Assembly (NCBI GenBank): GCA_951804945.1
Contig: OX638149.1
Span: 95,294,001-95,358,000, forward strand
From: Podarcis cretensis
Taxonomy: Eukaryota
DNA: 64,000 nucleotides
Reading direction: 5' to 3'
Below are positions 24,188 to 36,143 of the stretch, in pieces (positions within the stretch are counted from its first letter, which is position 1; each line of letters starts with the position of its first letter). Under the pieces are notes generated by a model. That model ran no database searches and was not told where the DNA came from. It saw nothing but the letters and a program-made list of their open reading frames with translations. A program made the translations under genes and the position numbers.

Positions 24188-24542
24188 TAAAGGTACCCCT
24201 GACCATTAGGTCCAGTCACGAACGACTCTGGGGTTGCGCACTCATCTCGCTATACTGGCTGAGGGAGCTGGCGTTTGTCCACAGACATCTTCCAGGTCAT
24301 GTGGCCAGCATGACTAAGCCGTTTCTGGTGAACCAGAGCAGTGCATGGAAGCACTGTTTACCCTCCTGCCGGAGCAGTACCTATTTATCTACTTGCACTT
24401 GACGTGCTTTTGAACTGCTAGGTGGGCAGGAGCTGGGACCGAACAATGGGTGATCAGCCCGTCGCGGGGATTCAAACTGCCAACCTTCTGATCAGCAAGC
24501 CCTAGGCTCTGTAGTTTAGACCACAGTGCCACCCACGTCCCT
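24188..24542 (-). mobile_element. Sauria SINE (lacertid type)
   Basis: Colinear with the copies at 30088 and 35760; flanked by a near-duplicate TACTTTTTT(T)GGT. Confidence 0.92.
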
Positions 24543-24640
24543 TACTTTTTTGGTAGCAGTAATCTATTTGTTTGGTAGTGGTAACTTCCTTAAATTCACA
24601 CAGCTCAGATTTTACCATGGAAGCGCAAGTAAATTTTATA

Positions 24641-24866
24641 CAGGGGTACCTCGGGTTAAGTACTTAATTCGTTCCGGAGGTCCGTTCTTAACCTGAAACT
24701 GTTCTTAACCTGAAACACCACTTTAGCTAATGGGGCCTCCCGCTGCTGCCGCGCCGCTGGAGCACAATTTCTGTTCTCATCCTGAAGCAAAGTTCTTAAC
24801 CCGAGGTAATATTTCTGGGTTAGCGGAGTCTGTAACCTGAAGTGTATGTAACCTGAGGCACCACTG
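24641..24866. mobile_element. Tc1/mariner MITE family A (opposite orientation)
   Basis: TA-flanked TIRs; body is the reverse complement of the 14602 copy. Confidence 0.92.
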
Positions 24867-24898
24867 TACTGTGTAGATTCTAGTGTTGATTTCATGAA

Positions 24899-25590
24899 GA
24901 CCCAGGTAACTACTGACCAGTCAGTTTGATGTCGATACCAGGAAAGGTCCTAGAACAGATAATTAAGCACTTGGTCTGTGAGCACTTAGAAAAGGATGCT
25001 GTGATTACTAAGACCAACCCAGCACTGGTTTCCCAAAAACAAGTCCTGCCAGACAAATCTAATTTATTGTTTGATAGAGTTGCAAGCTTGGTGGATCAGG
25101 ATAATGCTGTGGGCTGAACACAGTAACTGAAATGTGTGCAGAGGAGGGTGATCAAGAGTCTGGAAACCAGCCTTATGAGGAACAGCTGAGGAGCTGGGCA
25201 TGTTTAGCCTGGAAAAGAGGTGACCGAGAGAAGATATGATAACCATCTTCAAATATCTAAAGGGCTGTCACATGGAAGATGGAGCAAGCTTGTTTTCTTC
25301 TGCTCTGGAGGCTTGGACCAGTGGCTTCAAGTTAAAAAAAAAAAAAAAAAAGAGGCTTGGACCAGTGGCTTTAAGTTAAAAAAAAAAGGGAGATTCTGAC
25401 TAAACATCAGGAAGAACTTTCTGACGTAAGAGCTGTTCAACAATGAAATGGTCTTTTTCAGAAGGTGGTGGACTCTTCTTCCTTGGAGGTTTTTTAAACA
25501 GAGGTTGGATGGATGTTTTAGCTGAGATTCCTGCATTGCAGGGAGTTGACCTAGATGACCCTTGGGGTCCCTTCCAACTCTACGATTCTA
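24899..25590 (+). mobile_element. CR1 LINE remnant: RT N-terminal fragment joined to the 3' end
   Basis: Degraded 'PVSLMSIPGKVLEQIIK' RT segment, then an 'ELGMFSLEKR' C-terminal segment and the CR1 terminus GGTCCCTTCCAACTCTACGATTCTA. Confidence 0.88.
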
Positions 25591-25886
25591 AGTTTCACTG
25601 CATCCTTGTTATTCTTTTTACCTATAGGGAGTCATTCATTAAATACATTGCAGTCCAGAGTAAGGTCATGTGTAAAATTTTAGGGTGCCTATTTTTTCTT
25701 GCAGCATATCAGAACACTAAAGAAGCATTGTTTGATAAATACTTGAGTATAAAATTTAACTAGGAGCACATCCTTGTAATTTCCAAAATTGCTCTTCACT
25801 TCTGTAAGAAAACTAAGGTGGTGCAAGACTTGGAGTATGCAGGAGGATCCTATTATTGGTTATGTAATAAACTGCTCTCATGACTC

Positions 25887-26976
25887 TTCAACAACTTTAT
25901 TATTGCATTAGCCATGTGGCCATAGCATAATATACATAGAAATAACAGCATAAAATAGGGCGGGAGGTAAAGGTAGATATCGTCCAAGGCGAATACGAGG
26001 ATAACAAAAGTGACAGGGGATTTAAAACATCGAGTGACAGAGAATGCAAAAACAGGTTCGATTGTGCGGCATATCGACTACGGCTGTGGTGTTAAAGAAG
26101 AAGTTGGTGCCACTTTCCTCTTCATCACACTAAGCAGGAAGTTAGCTGTCATCTCGGTAATCCAACAGTCTGAATCCTGCAGAAGAAGGGACACTATCCA
26201 GGGCTGGATTGGGAGATGAAACTTGTTCACGAGAGGAATTAGAAACCGAGATCTTTCATCTGTCCAGTTGGTACAGAAGAGCATTACATGTTCCATATTC
26301 TCCAGAGCCGTGTCGTTGCAGGTGCATGTTCTATTTGCGATGGGAGCTCTGGAATAGCGACCCGACAAAACTGCTGTAGGGAAACAGTTGAGACGGGCAC
26401 AGGTGAAGGCCCTTCGCCTAGCCTCCGAAGGAATTGTAAAGCAGTATGGAGGGATCCCTTCAGGGGGTGGAATAGCTAGGGCTAAGCCTGAACACGGCCC
26501 TCTTGCATGGGAAGCTGTGTTAGAGAAATCAAGTTGCTGTAACTTCTTTTTGATTGAAGGTAGGGCCACCGGGCTAATACACTCTAAGTTAAAAACAGTT
26601 TTGCGGGTCAGATTGAGAAGAGAGCAGAATTTGAGGACAAGGGAGTAACGTTGCCATTTGCGATGCAGAGATCGTTTTCAATGGTCAATTGGGCCATCAG
26701 CCTCCCCGACGCATTTGTTATGGGATCAAGAGAGCTTCTGTTTCCCCAGGGGGGCTGCAGGGGATTATCCAGGAGTGCTGCGGGAGATAATATAGCATCG
26801 TCATTGGGACCTATTCTTGCGTTAAAGTCGCCTAAGAGGATTTGAGGAAGTCCTGGGTTAGTTGTTTGAAGATCATGAAGCCAAGACGAAAGTTCAGACC
26901 ACCTTTCATTACGGTCGGAATCATTAGTTGCTGGGGGCAGATATACTGTAGTTATCAACCATGGGCTTTTGGTCTT
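25887..26976 (-). mobile_element. Non-LTR retrotransposon copy (possibly RTE-X-like): APE endonuclease fragment plus C-terminal CCHC knuckle, RT absent
   Basis: APE motifs VYLPP and LLGDFNARIG at 26608-26985; GRY...RTCTC...E..EH....C at 26078-26569; AATAAA tail; perfect 14-bp TSD TGCTCTCATGACTC at 25873-25886 and 26977-26990. Confidence 0.9.
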
Positions 26977-27190
26977 TGCTCTCATGACTCATTGGTGTAA
27001 GTCAGTATGACCCAGTACCATTTTTAATACCTAGTAGCTCAATGGTTTCTATACACATCTTTCCTAGCATACTACTCAGGACTCTTCATTTGAAGATGCC
27101 AGGGCCTCATATAGGTAGCATATGTTACACTACAGACCTGAGGTCTCTTTCCTTACCAGTCCATAGAACAGGTTCAGTTTCTGATATATA

Positions 27191-27448
27191 CCGTATTTTT
27201 TGCTCTATAAGACTCACTTTTCCCCTCCTAAAAAGTAAGGGGAAATGTGTGTGCTTCTTATGGAGCGAATGCAGGCTGCGCAGCTATCCCAGAAGCCAGA
27301 ACAGCAAGAGGGATTGCTGCTTTCACTGCGCAGAGATCCCTCTTGCTGTTCTGGCTTCTGAGATTCAGAATTTTTTTTTTCTTGTTTTCCGCCTCCAAAA
27401 ACTAGGTGCGTCTTGTGGTCTGGTGTGTCTTATAGAGCGAAAAATACG
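27191..27448. mobile_element. Tc1/mariner (Tc2-like) MITE
   Basis: TA-flanked TIR CCGTATTTTTTGCTCTATAAGAC / GTCTTATAGAGCGAAAAATACG; internal 25-bp perfect inverted repeat CAGAAGCCAGAACAGCAAGAGGGAT. Confidence 0.88.
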
Positions 27449-28850
27449 TATGTTTTTGCAGCTAAAAATATGTTTGCCAGCAGAAATTGGTTCAATGAAA
27501 GATAATTGCTTTTGCCTTTCTTGGGTGCTTAAACCTTAGATCTGGGATTTTGGTGGGATAGGCAAGCTATTTTTTTTAAGGAGTTCTCCTGATAAGGCAT
27601 TGATTGTTTGAATTGGCAGAATTCCATTTTTCAATCAGAGTAAATAATAGTTATATGACGGTACTATAAGTTGATTAGTTCATGTTGCTCCAAGCTTTCT
27701 TACTTAAATAAGAGACGTCTCTAAAATGCATGATCAATGAAACCACTGTAAGATGAGCAGAATGAGTTTCAGTGAAGGTTTGCTAGGTGTGGTTTTTTTT
27801 TTTTTTTAAATCATGTTAATCTCATAATCACAATTTCTCTAATGGGCTGGGAAGGCAAATTCTTGCACACTAACGTTTTGATAGTAAAATTTCTTCCTGG
27901 CCTAGACAGCCTGGATGAAATAAACAAAACATTAGAATTAAAACAAGCTTTCTGTTCCTTTCTGGATCTAAGTAATAACAGGTTTGCAAACTGTCACTTT
28001 GTATTTAGTCTGTTTCTGTTTGAGGTGTGTTTATGGTCCATTTTGGAGGTTTGAAGTTTCTTGCTCATCCTTGAAGCAGGCAGACAGGTTGTGACTTAAA
28101 CTTGTGAGTGGCATCAAGGTAAAAATGTTGATGGCTTCTCTGTCTTTCTTTCTTACTCGGAGTAAGGTATGTAGTCCTAAAATAATTATGCACAAAAATC
28201 CACACCTTTTGATGAAGCCTTTAAATCAATTGGGTCTGCAGCTAAGAACCAGTTTCCATGACATTTACAAGAACAAGTAACCGTAGGTAAATATCACCTT
28301 GTGGCATTACACTGTTGTCAGTCAGTCAAAAAGGGCTGCTGTAGAGCTGTGGCTTTAGAAAGCAGAGCCATCCTGAAATACAGGACATGTGAGGTTTTTC
28401 CTTGTGATCTAGTGGTATATACACTTTATGAAATAGGTTCTGTGGAGTTGTGGTGTCACAGCTTAATGAAGTACCTGGAATTATCTTCAGCCCTAACTTT
28501 GAAAGTATTTTTTGACAAAGCCCCAGTTTTCAAAAGGGAACTTATCTCAGCCTACAGTTTATCTGTTGGAGATAGCATTCTTTGATTGATGCTTTTGGTT
28601 TGAGGTTATAAAATTTTATGTAAGTGGCGGAAGTTACTTGCCTAGCTGAATTTTATGTTTTAGATTATTGTCTTCTACTGTTGAACTGACTAAAGTCATA
28701 TTATTGCCTTAAATATTGATCTGTTAATACTCCCCCCACTTGATCTGTTAATACTCACCCAAACAGTCTGCTCTTGACATAATAATCTTTCATCCCTTAA
28801 AAATTCAGCCCCCACCCTGTCTTTCCCTTCTTTCTTACTTCTTTCTCATC

Positions 28851-29002
28851 CTTTGCTTCAGGATGAGAACAGAAATCCTACGACGGTGGCACAGCGGCAG
28901 TGGGAGGCCCCATTAGCTAAAGTGGTGCTTCAGGTTAAGAACAGTTTCAGGTTAAGAATGGACCTCCAGAACGAATTAAGTTCTTAACCAGAGGTACCAC
29001 TG
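28851..29002. mobile_element. Tc1/mariner MITE family A, one-ended fragment
   Basis: Matches the 3' two-thirds of the 14602 copy; ends GGTACCACTG-TA. Confidence 0.88.
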
Positions 29003-30087
29003 TACATAGGTATATATGTATTTTGTTTTTCTAGCTTGATCAAAATTATTTATTATTTCGTAACAGGTAGATAGTTAAGAGCTTAGGTGGCTTCAGCGGC
29101 GGGCACCTGGCACCCCCCAGAATTTGACGCCCAGGTGCCTTGCACCCCCAGGCAAAGATGGCCCTGGTTGCATAGGTTGGTAGAAGATGGTTGAAAAGTG
29201 GATGCTTTGACTTGCAGTAGCGGTTCCACTAAGGCAGGGGTGTCCAAACTTTTTTCAAAGAGGGCTAGATTTGATGAAGTGGACATGCATAAGGGTTGAA
29301 CCATTTTGCCTGACCTTTTTTAAGGATTGGTCCACTCAAAGTTGTTGAACTTGAAACTGTAGTCACATACTTTTTGGTGATATTTTCACTGCTAATAACT
29401 TAACCTACCAAATTAGCAAAGGATCTACCAGTATATATGAACACATCAGAAGCCTTAAAATTACCATATCTTTATATATATCTAGTCTTGGATCAAGTGC
29501 ACTCAGTGTGCAGTATTCTAAGTTCTGTATACTCTCATGTGCGTCAAGAACTGTCCCAATGACTGTTGTGATTCTAAGGAAACTCTCCTCACAGCATTTG
29601 GGATTTGTCTGACCATTTAAAAAGTGAATGAGAAAGTTTATGCGTATGGAAGTTCTTTGTGAATCAATAGCAGTGGGATGGCTCTGTCCACATGGAGTTG
29701 CTGCTACATGAGTTACCCACTCTGATCTAAGGCATGCCCTTTCTTTTAATCATATTTACTTTACTTTCAGGCCTTGATACTTTTGTCTTCAAAAACAGCA
29801 GGTCCATGAATTTCAATTCTTTAAGCAGGCCTAAACATGGAAGGAGACTTCTTACATATAACCTACCCACGAACCATAATTAGGGTTCAGCTAATCACGT
29901 TGTGTTATGGGTAAACTGTTACAAAGACAAGAGAAAGGTTAGCTATTACAGTGCTGCTTTTCTTTCCACTTGGGTTGCTAGACTACAGCTCCTATCAGTC
30001 CCAGCCAGCACAGCCAGTGGTCAGGGATACTGGTAGTAGTAGTCCAGCATCCCATCTGAAGTGCACCATTTTGGCTGTCCCTCATTG

Positions 30088-30445
30088 TAAAGGTAAAGGT
30101 AAAGGGACCCCTGACCATTAGGTCCAGTCGCGGATGACTCTGGGGTTGCGGCACTCATCTTGCTTTGCTGGCCGAGGGAGCTGGTGTACAGCTTCCGGGT
30201 CATGTGGCCAGCATGACTAAGCCGCTTCTGGCAAACCAGAGCAGCACACGGAAATGCTGTTTACCTTCCCACCGGAGCAGTACCTATTTATCTACTTGCA
30301 CTTTGACATGCTTTCGAACTGCTAGGTTGGCAGGAGCTGGGACCGAGCAACGGGAGCTCACCCCATCGTGGGGATTTGAACTGCCGACCTTCTGATCGGC
30401 AAGCCCTAGGCTCTGTGGTTTACTCACAGCGCCACCCGCGCCCCT
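30088..30445 (-). mobile_element. Sauria SINE, full length
   Basis: (ACCTTT)n tail on the minus strand, tRNA-like head; imperfect TSD TG(T/C)CCCTCAT. Confidence 0.93.
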
Positions 30446-32005
30446 TTGCCCCTCATAATAGGTTGTTCCAGTTCTCCAAAATACTTCACAATGCTTTAAT
30501 TGCATAACCCTCTCAATCCCAAAGGTTCCATGTGGGACAGAATCGTGTGTGTGTGTGTGTGTGCGTGTAATATACATTGCTATTAAAACCCTAACCAGTT
30601 TTTATATTTCTCAAATATTTGGTTTAAAAAAACCACATTGATGGCTACTACTGAACATGGAAACATATTCAAAATACACTTGGCATATTTTGAGTCCTTT
30701 CGTAAATGCAGGGTTGATTTTTTGGAATAATTGCTCGACTACGTAGAAGCTTCATAAACTGGTACCTTTGCAAAGAAACTTACTTGTTTAAACTTAGGAG
30801 AGGGGTGTGCTTGATGACTTTATTGCCCATCAATTAATGCACAGTTGGAATGTTGGATCAAACATATACATGCTGTGGACCTTTTAGCATGTCATTTGGA
30901 GTTTTGTGCAGAAATAATACGGTGTGGCAAGTAAAATGTTCTTCCAGTTAGCAATGCTTGTTCACTCAACACAGGGCTCCAGTCCTGATGCAACAAAGCT
31001 TCATTGTACAGAGATGTCAATATGGCACCTTCCCAGGCATTCAAGCCCCCACATATATGTTGGTATTTTTATAAACTAATTCAGCAACTCCTAATGTAAT
31101 TGGCTGATCCAAGTGCCAGGACAGAGGACAGTTGGGTCTGTTCCAAAGTACAACACTAGTTTACTGGGGGAGGTATTGCTGAAACTTGGGGTACCAAATG
31201 TTATTAACTCTGTAGTGAGCACACACCAAGTATAAAGCACTTCAGCAAAATTAGAATGGTTGGTAGTGGAATAAGACAAGCTTGTATCCTGCATATATCT
31301 TCAGAATGTTAGATCAACCAGTCTGACCTTGGAATCTGCTGACAAACAGCATTCTGATAATAGTTTGCGTTATTCACCCGCCTCCAAATCATATGGCTTC
31401 TGTGAATGGAAAATGTCCAAAGCCTATCGTACATAAGATAGCAGAGTGGAATCATTTTCAGTGGTTGCTTATCTCTTGTCAGTTTAATGCTACTTAATAT
31501 GAATTCATTGGCTGGAAATATCAGTAGCAGTGAAAAGCCAATGCCAGCTGTTTTTACAGATAGGCAACTTTGAAGTGTTAAGTTGACTTAGCCCCACCCC
31601 CCTAACTTGGCCAGAAAAAGCAAACTTCCCTTGGCAAATGTATGGACAGACATCCAACTGACCATAATGGACAGAAGTAACAGTACTGAGGATTTGTGAA
31701 GTCCTTTGTATGGAGAAGAGATTCCTTATATTCATACCTGACAAACAGACCAGCCAATAAAATAGATTTAGAGTGTTCCATAAGTACAGATCAGGAAGGG
31801 ATGGTGGACACCTGTGGAAAGGGGAATGAGTACATTTAGTGTCCACTTAGTTTAGACTTAACTGTGTGTTCTCTTCTAATTTTAAACATAGCACTCTCCT
31901 TCTGATTTAATATTTATATCAACAAAATTAGCTTCCATTTCCAGAAAGAACTGTCTAACATAATACCCTGTCTTGCTTAGCATTTTTATTATTTTGTTCT
32001 GGCAG

Positions 32006-32289
32006 ATTCCTATTCAGCATCCTCTAATGAAAATGGAGGGAAATCTGAATCGGTGGCCAATTTGCAGCCTCATTCATCCATCAATTCCATCCAGAGCTCC
32101 CCTGGTCCAAAGCGCTCTACCAACACACTGAAGAAATGGCTAACCAGTCCAGTACGCCGATTGAATAGTGGAAAGGCAGACAGTAACATCAAAAAGCAGA
32201 AGAAAGTGCGCGAAGGAAGGAAAAGCTTTGACCTGGGATCCCCCAAGCCTGGAGACGAGACCACACCTCAGGGAGACAGTGCAGATGAG
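32006..32289 (+). CDS. KALRN: KALRN exon, linker after SH3-1 (DSYSASSNENGGKSESVANLQ...QGDSADE)
   Basis: ttctggcag| acceptor, GAG|gtatgg donor; phase 1 to 0; contains KKWLTSPVRRL. Confidence 0.97.
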
Positions 32290-32896
32290 GTATGGACATA
32301 GTTTGATACCTTTTTTTTTAAGAATGCTGACTTGAGCATAAAGCATCCTTTTGTTTGATTCTTCACTTTGTTTTGGAATAAGTTTTGAAATAACTGTAGA
32401 AAAGCATCCATCCTTGTATCAAAACTGGGAAAGCCCTATGTCCTCAGTATAAAGAGGATTCTTGTATCACCCCATCCAGACTAGTTACTCCCTAGGCCTC
32501 AGCCTTTATGTTTGTTGGCTCCTTACTTCCAAAGCTTGGGCTTGCCTACTGTCCACCATCTTTGCTGTGTGATGTAAAATAACACCATAGATCATGAAGG
32601 GAACCAGAGCTCTTGCATTTTTATTTTCCATCACATTTTTCCTGGTCGTTTTGTATAGATTTGTTATCTTCCTTTTGCAGCTGCAGATATGGATGCATTT
32701 ATGGGTATTTTATGACTGCTTTAATAGCTGCTCAAAGCATTTTAAATTATTCTATTGGAGCTGCATTTAAGGTGTTGCTCTGCCAATAGTGAGAGTGATG
32801 CAGGAATGCTATAAATCAAGAAATAGAACTAGGTTGCTGGAAGGAGCTAGTGTGCTCATTCAAATATATGCCCAGGAATGTAGCAGGCTCAAAAAA

Positions 32897-32928
32897 GGAG
32901 GAGGAGGAAGAGGAGGAGGAGGAGGAGG
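32897..32928. repeat. (GAG)n microsatellite
   Basis: Near-perfect trinucleotide run. Confidence 0.9.
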
Positions 32929-33358
32929 TTTTTTTCATGCCTGACAGCCGGATCCAGTTCAGTGAGGAACTTGAGAACTGGTTAGCAGAACATTTGCTAT
33001 TTTAAGCAGCATGGTGGTCTTTCCTGAGCAAATTTGAAGTCCTGATGCTGCAGTGAATTACTTATTGTAGATCCACTTGCCCCTTTAAAGGAAATAATGT
33101 TTTATGTAGATGTTAATATGTGGGTTAGAGAATTGCATGGGACTCCCTTATGTGGGGAATTCCCTTTCTACCTCACTAGGCATCAGAGGGGACAGGCTAG
33201 ATAAATATTCTTTTTATATCTGTCACAACAACCCATTCCTCTGTCTGAAATGGATTTGTTCTGATTATGGAGTTCCAACACTATAAACGTATTATGGGAG
33301 GGACTCTTTCATTCTATCCAACTTTGCCTGTTCATAATGAAATTTCCCTTGCTTTCAG

Positions 33359-33463
33359 AAGAGCAAGAAAGGTTGGGGCGAAGATGAGCCAGATGAAGAA
33401 TCTCATACACCACTCCCTCCTCCTATGAAGATTTTTGATAATGATCCCACACAAGATGACATG
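33359..33463 (+). CDS. KALRN: KALRN exon (KSKKGWGEDEPDEESHTPLPPPMKIFDNDPTQDDM)
   Basis: tttcag| acceptor (CAGAAG tandem acceptor), ATG|gtagga donor; 105 nt. Confidence 0.96.
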
Positions 33464-34479
33464 GTAGGACCCGGGTCTTTTTTTCATTTTTTCCCTCAGA
33501 ATAACTTTGTGTTCTTTTGTGGTGTTGTTGTTTTTTTTTAAAAAAAAAAAAAAAACCTCCTGGAATCCAAGGAACCAGGCATGGTGTTTCAGTAGGGTAC
33601 TATATATTGAAATTTGTTATTTTACACCCTCACTTTGTATCCGGAAGGAATGGCACTGAGCAATCTGTTTTCAAGGCCATTGTTGCAACGCTCAAGGATA
33701 TTTTCCCTTTCCTTTCCCTCCTGTCATCATCAGAATATTTGTGACTTAGTCTGCTTACCTTTGTAGCTTGATTTTTTAATGTATTTTGCATTTCATGCCT
33801 TTTCTGTAGAGCAGTTGTTACGTTCAGAAGAAAGCTTTCTATGTGAACTTGCCTGCTGAGGAATTTCTGGACCTTGTGGGTGCTTCTGGGGTGTATTAGA
33901 ATACGAGTGTTTGGTTCAGATGGGGCCCCTTCCACCTCTACAATTCTATGATTCTATTATCTGTTTCGCCTCACCATTTCTTTACATGAACTGAGAGTTA
34001 GTGCTAAAACGTAACCAATACTTGCCCTGCAATACGCTGCTGCAAGGAAAGATTTGTCAGTGGGTGGGCAAACTTTCTTTCAGGGAAGCCTGCCTACTGT
34101 TACCGGTATTCTGACTGAGAAGTTCTTGATAAACTTCCAAGGAACTTTTGGGTTTCCCAGAATACTTCTTAAAACCACTGTGGTACAGCAACAGCCATAC
34201 ATGTAGTATTCTAGCATGATGCTGGTGTTGTCTCCACCTGTGTTGCAGAGAAATTGGGCAAGAAAAGGTGATTGCGGCAATAACTTCTAATGGCGCGGTG
34301 TGTGGTGCACGTTGTGCCCAAGGTTTGAAAAACTTCATCATGGGACTGGATATATGAGTCATAATGTTGCCAGCAGGGGCCTCTGAAGTAGATATGCAGT
34401 AGTAGACTGAGTGTTCTACAGTCAATATCGTTTCAGTATGATGCAAACAGCAGATTCTCTCTTAAAGTTCACCCAATAT

Positions 34480-35200
34480 ATATATAGTTCAGGTCACCCT
34501 ATCTCAAAAAAATACTGTAGGGCTGGAAAGATGCAGGAAGGGGGAACCAAAATGATCAGGGATGCAGCTGGAAGAGGGGCGATAAAATCTGGGGTTTTAA
34601 AGTATAGAAAAAATCAATGAAGCGAGCACAGGATGACATCTTATACTTGGTGTAGCAAACATGGATGCAGAGTATCTTTCTATTAGTACTAGAACCCTTG
34701 GTTATCCAATGGAACTGATTAACAAGAGATCTGACGCAAACAAAATAGTACCCATAAAGACATAATATAATTAGTTTATGAAATTCAGTGTCATGGTGTG
34801 ACAAAAGACACTGGCTTAGATAGCTTTAAAGGGGGATACATATGAATTCATACTCATGGGGCCATATTCAGCTGAATTGTTGTACTAGCACAACAATTCC
34901 TGCCAGTGCTAAGGGACTTACGGTATGTCCTAGAACAGTGTGCAAGGGGAGGGAAAGGGATATTTTTGTTAGGCAAGCAGGAGTACTTGTGCTGATGGAG
35001 TGATCTCCTTAGCACTATGTGGAATGCAACATGGGGAATAAGTCTTATCAAGGATGACTATTCATGATGTCCATATGCAGCCTTCAGTTGCAGAGGCAGT
35101 ATGTCACTGAGTACCAGCTGCTTATGGTGTTGCCAAAGGCCTACTGGGAAAAGCAGGATACTTAAATAGAACTTTGATCTGATCCAGCAGGGCTCTTAAG
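34480..35200 (+). mobile_element. Old CR1 LINE 3' remnant
   Basis: Degraded CR1 ORF2 C-terminal DNA (...CTGGAAAGATGCAGGAAGGGGGAACCAAAATGATCAGG...) and a tail ending CTGATCCAGCAGGGCTC. Confidence 0.6.
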
Positions 35201-35353
35201 TGCATATACCCATGTGAATGAATGCTTGTAGTGATAAAGTACAGGTGGACCTCCACTTGCTAAGCCATGTACCTGAGCAACTTCCATTGTGATCTGGGAG
35301 GTTATTAAGAACAACAGTGTAATCTCTCACAAGAGCAAGATGCGCTTGTTGAC

Positions 35354-35600
35354 GTGACTTGTGATGGTTCATTGAAATCATTTTTCAAAGAATGTAGGCT
35401 GGGCCAATTCTGGATGAAAGTTTTTGCTGATTATAAGAAGTTTGGTGAAAAAGCTTTGAAATATCTAGTTCCCTTCTGTTCCACTTATCTTTGCAGATAC
35501 ATGCATAGAAATTGGCTTGATATTGAATCAGATTTGAGAATGAAAGTAGGAAATATTGAACCAGATGTGGAAGGGATTGTTTGGGATAAAAAGATGCCCA
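35354..35600 (+). pseudogene. hAT (Charlie/Buster-type) transposase C-terminal dimerisation-domain fossil
   Basis: FW...ALKYLVPFCSTYLC...RNWLDIESDLRMKVGNIEPD resembles the hATC motif; a hAT-like right end (TTGGGAACCACCG) lies near 36382-36394. Confidence 0.8.
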
Positions 35601-35759
35601 TCACATTTAGGTTTAGTGTGTATTTAACATCTTGTTGGGAGCCACACAGCGTGGCTGGGGTAACCAGCCAGATGGGTGGCATATAAAATGTAGGCATATA
35701 AATTAGGTTTAGTAGCTGCTAGACATGTCATAATTTGTTCACTTGTACTATACTTTAAT

Positions 35760-36143
35760 AAGGGACGCGGGTGGCACTGTGGGTTAAACCACAGAGCCTA
35801 GGATTTGCCAATCAGTAGGTCGGCGGTTCAAATCCCTGCAACGGGGTGAGCACCCATTCCTTGATCCCTGCTCCTGCCAACCTAGCAGTTCGAAAGCACG
35901 TCAAAGTGCAAGTAGATAAATAGGGAAGGTAAACGGCGGGAAGGTAAACGGCGGGAAGGTAAACGGCGGGAAGGTAAACGGCGTTTCCGTGCGCTGCTCT
36001 GGTTCGCCAGAAGCGGCTTAGTCATGCTGGCCACATGACCCGGAAGCTGTACGCCAGCTCCCTCGGCCAATAAAGTGAGATGAGTGCGCAACCCCAGAGT
36101 CGGCCACGACTGGACCTAATGGTCAGGGGTCCCTTTACCTTTA
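35760..36143 (+). mobile_element. Sauria SINE with an internal 4x15-bp tandem array
   Basis: GGGACGCGGGTGGC head, CCCTTTACCTTTA tail; GGGAAGGTAAACGGC x4 at 35923-35982. Confidence 0.93.
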
